Source: Proteromonas lacertae (taxonomy: Eukaryota). From it: a stretch of DNA of 57,399 bases. Shown in pieces: positions 41,276 to 57,399 of the stretch. Under the pieces are notes generated by a model. The model did not search any database and was not told the DNA's origin. It was given only the letters and a program-made list of their open reading frames with translations. The position numbers and the translations under genes are program-made. How positions within the stretch are numbered: position 1 is the first letter of the stretch; every line of letters begins with the position of its first letter. The stretch spans positions 1 to 57,399 of the forward strand of contig NGBS01000039.1 of assembly GCA_002245135.1 (NCBI GenBank), written 5' to 3'.

Positions 41276-44200
41276 ATGTGTGATGAAGTAGAAGAGTATA
41301 TATTGATTATAAACTTACATTTACTTAGATTTAAAGTGTTTGAGAAGAAATATGAAAGAGGGAAACTTAATGTGGTACTGAACGATAAAACTGTTAAAAA
41401 GATGTTGGATACACTGGCAGAACAGAATGATGAGGTCTCTAAGTTCATTCACAAAACTCCTCCATATTTGTATATTCTGAAATAATTATATAATAATAGA
41501 TTAATTGATGATTTATTGGAAGGTGGATTTGGAGATATTGTACTCGATGTTCGAGAGATTAAGATTAATAGTTTTAAATTCATATTATCCTATCAAAATG
41601 AGATGCTTAGAGCATTAATTGACGATCCATTACGTAATGACCCTCTTTCTTTGTCAGATGAAGTAAATCCTGTTTGTCTTAAATATATTCAAAGACTATA
41701 TAGTGGTCAAGAGATTACACTCGATAGTAGTAATGTGATTGATATATTGACATTCTGTGTGGTCTATGCTGATCATCGACTAATTCCCTCTTGTATGAGG
41801 TGTTTACGAGAAATAATTAATAACAAATTGATGATAGACATATTTCAACTGATTCCATATTTGAATTCACCTGATTTAGTTGAATTAGAAGATGTTTTGA
41901 AAGAAATTCTATCCACCAAATCAAATGATTTATTATTATCTGAAGAACTAAAAGAATTGACAATTCCATCAGTTGAATACATGTTAAAAGTTCCAGTTTT
42001 ACAAATCGAAAGCGAAGAAAAACTATTCAAACCATTGATAAGATATTATAAAAATATAAACAAATATTATGAAGATGAAAATGAATTAATTGATGATTTC
42101 AAGAACAGAATATTTCCGAATATCAATTGGTGTAAAATCATTTCAGATATGGTTGATGAAGAATCAAAAGAACTAATCAACGAAGAAATATTTAAGAAAT
42201 ATCAATCTAGTTCAATTCATCATTCAAATAGGATATATGTTCAAGATTTTCCAGAAATTAATGATGATGAAAAATTAACTGAAATATTAGAAGAATATTA
42301 TTATAATACACCATCATTCACATCAATAACAGATGAATTAATAACTCATTTACACCAAGAGAAAATTCAAAAGATATTGAAGAAATATTTAACATATAAG
42401 AATATGAAATTTAAAGTTGCTTGTTTGCTATTAATCACTCATATAAAAAGTGATATAAATTGTATATATTTATTTCATTATATTATTATTTTGAATAGAT
42501 TTTATTGATGAAGAGGAGTATAGAATAATGGTAAACTTATTAATTGAAGAATATAACAAAAAGGATAAAAAAGAAAGTCAAAAAATAGTTAAATGTTTAT
42601 CCTATTTCTATACACGTATTTTTTATGTAACATATATATAGCTCAAATTCTGTTGTTATATAAGCAGAAGAAAATATCTGAAGAATTAATGAAAAGTATA
42701 ATGTCAAATGAGTATTTACATTCATCCGATTATACGAAAATATCTAATAATTTATCTAAATCTAAAATAAAAGTAATATCTTCGTATAATAATACCCCTA
42801 AATATGAACATGATAAACAAAAAGAATATAATCTTAAAATTAATGAAAGTTGTATAATAAAACCTCATATTACATGTAAGACTTGCATATATAGAGTAAT
42901 ACCAAGTATATATATTATTTATTCTAATATAGATCTTCCTGATGATTTAAGTATAAACAGATTAACAGGAATAATTAGTGGAAAACCTTCATCAATTCAA
43001 AAATCTAAAGAATATACAGTAGAATGTGAAAATCCAACAAATATAGTTTGTTTCAAATTAGAAATTGCAGTTGGAGAATTGACATTCTTCAAATACAGCA
43101 ATATAAAAGGGGAGTATTTAGAAATCAATAGCAGCAGTTATTTTGGTTGGGATTATGATTATAGTAATGATTCTTATTTTAGAATAAAACCAACAGCAAT
43201 ATTCAAATTCAAAATCAATGAAGAAGTTCATCTAATTCCAGAATATGATGGAGAAGAATGTGAATTTTCAGTTGAACCAAGTATATAATAATAATAATAA
43301 TAATAATAATGAATAGAATTACCTGAAGGTATAGAACTAGACAATAAAAGTGGAATAATCAAAGGGAAGTGCTCAAAACCATCTAAAAGAACAAAATATA
43401 CCATAACCTGTAAAAATGAAACAAATGAACTGAAATATGAATTTACAATGTCAATAGGTGAACTGACAAAATTTGCATATAAAGATTCAAAAATGAAAGA
43501 TAGATATGATAGATATTGCAATTATGGAAGAATATACAAAAATTTAAGAATCCATGAAGAAATCAATTTAATTCCAGAATATGATGGAGAAGAATGTGAA
43601 TTTTCAGTTGAACCAAGTATATAATAATAATAACTAATAATGAATAGAATTACCTGATGGAATAGAATTGGATAATAAAAGTGGAATAATCAAAGGGAAG
43701 TGTTTAAAAGCATCTAAAAGAACAAAATATGCCATAACCTGTAAGAATGAAACAAATGAACTGAATGAGATGATAATCATATCAGTTGGTGAACTAACAA
43801 AATTTTCTTACCAAAAGAGTTATATTAAAGCTAATATATATGAAGAAATCAATTTAATTCCAGAATATGATGGAGAAGAATGTGAATTTTCAGTTGAACC
43901 AAGTATATAATAATAATAACTAATAATGAATAGAATTACCTGATGGAATAGAATTGGATAATAAAAGTGGAATAATCAAAGGGAAGTGTTTAAAAGCATC
44001 TAAAAGAACAAAATATACCATAACCTGTAAAAATGAAACAAATGAACTGAATGAGATGATAATCATATCAGTTGGTGAATTGACAGAATTTTCGTACAAA
44101 GATCCAAAAATGAAAGGAAATCATGATAGATATTGCAATTATGGAAGAATATACAAAAATTTAAGAATCCATGAAGAAATCAATTTAATTCCAGAATTTG

Positions 44201-45432
44201 ATGGAGAAGAATGTGAATTTTCAGTTGAACCAAGTATATAATAATAATAACTAATAATGAATAGAATTACCTGATGGAATAGAATTGGATAATAAAAGTG
44301 GAATAATCAAAGGGAAGTGTTTAAAAGCATCTAAAAGAACAAAATATACCATAACCTGTAAGAATGAAACAAATGAACTGAAATATGAATTTACAATGTC
44401 AATAGGTGAACTAACAAAATTTTCTTACCAAAAGAGTTATATTAAAGCTAATATATATGAAGAAATCAATTTAATTCCAGAATTTGATGGAGAAGAATGT
44501 GAATTTTCAGTTGAACCAAGTATTATTATTATTAATAATAAATAGAATTGCCAGATGGTATAGAACTAGACAGTAAAAGTGGAATAATCCAAGGCAAAAG
44601 TTCAAAAGCTTATAAACCAACAGAATATACTATAACTTGTAAAAATGAAACAAATGAAATAAAAACACTTATATCTATCTATATTATTGAGTTGATAAAA
44701 TTTAAGTATCTTTGTAAAGAAAAGAATTTGAAGTTAGAAGAAAATGTTGAAATTATTCCAATGTTATATGATAAATGTCATTCTTTCACTGTTAATCCAT
44801 GTATTTATTTGTTAATTTATTTATTTAATTAGCATTACCAGATGGAATTACTATCAATCCAGAAAATGGAATAATAAAAGGCAAATGTAATATTCCAGTA
44901 AAATCATCAGAATATACAATAACATGTAAATGTGATTCATATGAATCAATACAACATATCACTTTATCTGTTGGAGGAATAACTCATTTTGTTTATCCTA
45001 AAACATCCAATAATCACAAATACAAATTAAATGAAGAATTCAAAATAATTCCTGAATGTGATGGAATTTATTGTTCATTTTCTTCGGATAAAGGTATAAT
45101 TTTAGTTGTTATATTGATCAATAGAATTACCAAGTGGAATTGAACTTGATTCAAAAACAGGAATAATAAGTGGATGTAGAAATGAAGTATTATCTTCATA
45201 TCCTGTAAAGATAATATGTAAAAATGATATAAATCAAATGGATGATAGAATTTGCATCTCTGTAGAAAAAGATGAAGTAAAGAAAATGGGTGGAAGATGG
45301 GATTTTGATCCAAGTATTGCACCAGAAAAGTATAGAAGGAGAGAGGTAAAGAATAGAGAAGTTTATGTGAATAGAAGAAGATTTACTAGAAATTACAATC
45401 CATATGATTCAGATTCAGATTATTATTTTTAA
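41276..45432 (+). CDS. BTB/BACK-like domain protein with about 8 tandem Ig-like (He_PIG/putative Ig) repeats; 5' end uncertain
   Basis: BTB-like segment GDIVLDV..IKINSFKFILSYQNEMLRALI...YIQRLYSGQEITLDSSNVIDIL; BACK-like LQIESEEKLF; repeats LPDGIELDNKSGIIKGK...YTITCKNE. Confidence 0.7.
43220..44660 (+). repeat. Tandem exon+intron repeat array (units of about 331, 286, 331 and 281 bp) of near-identical Ig-like modules
   Basis: Near-identical DNA blocks recur, each cut by a phase-1 intron at 43281-43316, 43617-43647, 43903-43933, 44234-44264 and 44520-44545. Confidence 0.92.
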
Positions 45433-45494
45433 TTATATTCAATCTATTCTTTTGTTGTTGTGTTAAAACCAAAATTAACAACAAATCAATCAAA

Positions 45495-56838
<11,344 letters not shown>

Positions 56839-57032
56839 TATTAAAATTTGACCGTTTCATATCTACTTTTTTTGTATTTAATGGAATTAATAATCATATA
56901 CGTTTTATATATATTTAAGAAGTATTGGTTAGTGGATATAGTCGCTAATTAGACTTCATAAAATTTGAATGAAGTTTAATCTAATACTTCTTTTTATTGA
57001 TATAATAATAAGTGATAAAGAATGAATATGAA

Positions 57033-57308
57033 TTAATCAGCATAACCAAACAAATTAATTTCTTTTCCATAACTAAATAAGTCAATTCTCTCACTTTCAG
57101 TTTCTTCATCATCTTCTGTTTTGTCATTTGAAATCTTTCCAGAATAAAAACTAGAATTAAAGTAATATAGAAATGAATTCTGAATCTATACAACTAAAAA
57201 CAAAAATTAAGCAATAGAAATTATTATAGTTAAAATTTGAATGAGACTATTCAAATACTCATCTTTAATCGATCTTGGAGTTAATTCTAAATCCTCCAAG
57301 ATTGTCAT
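57033..57308 (-). CDS. Possible small hypothetical protein (~80 aa, acidic C-terminus)
   Basis: MTILEDLELTPRSIKDE... and ...KTEDDEETESERIDLFSYGKEINLFGYAD* look coding, but joining them needs a GC-AG intron or another fix. Confidence 0.25.
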
Positions 57309-57399
57309 TTACTTCTGGTTGTAATTTATTATTCTCGCCACAAATGAGATTTCACAATTTAATTTAGTTTGGATTTCTCATTTTCCATCCTTTCTCAAA

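Noticed and set aside
43220..44660. CRISPR-like or transposon repeat array
   Set aside because: The units are ~300-bp coding exons plus introns, with no unique spacers, TIRs or transposase.

Overview
Very AT-rich, gene-dense eukaryotic DNA in the standard genetic code. It holds about 20 protein-coding genes, broken up by tiny GT-AG introns (mostly 25-45 nt, often about 30 nt), which is why the ORF track is fragmented. The intron size, GT-rich 3' elements, a mastigoneme-type EGF protein and a presequence-bearing pyruvate carboxylase suggest a Blastocystis/Proteromonas-like (Opalinata) stramenopile; this is inference. Recognisable genes are pyruvate carboxylase, fimbrin, an Aa_trans amino-acid transporter, an alpha/beta hydrolase, a divergent PP2A B56 subunit and a divergent Hsp110-like protein. 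Main findings: (1) two giant receptors built from tandem UrtA/AmiC-like Venus-flytrap modules, one a complete ~3,700-aa class C GPCR-like protein with about 9 modules and a perfect (ACA)38 poly-Thr insert; (2) a probable U12-type AT-AA intron in fimbrin; (3) an Arb2/FAM172-FYVE-AGC kinase fusion; (4) four pseudokinase-LRR paralogs, one with an N-myristoylation motif and one with a CaaX box; (5) a BTB protein whose intron-delimited Ig-like repeats are combinatorially shuffled; (6) four paralogs of a degenerate EF-hand family; (7) a GAAACG motif recurring near gene starts. Clustered single-base homopolymer indels break several genes and most likely reflect long-read assembly error. No rRNA, tRNA, CRISPR array or transposon was recognised. 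All gene models were spliced by eye.
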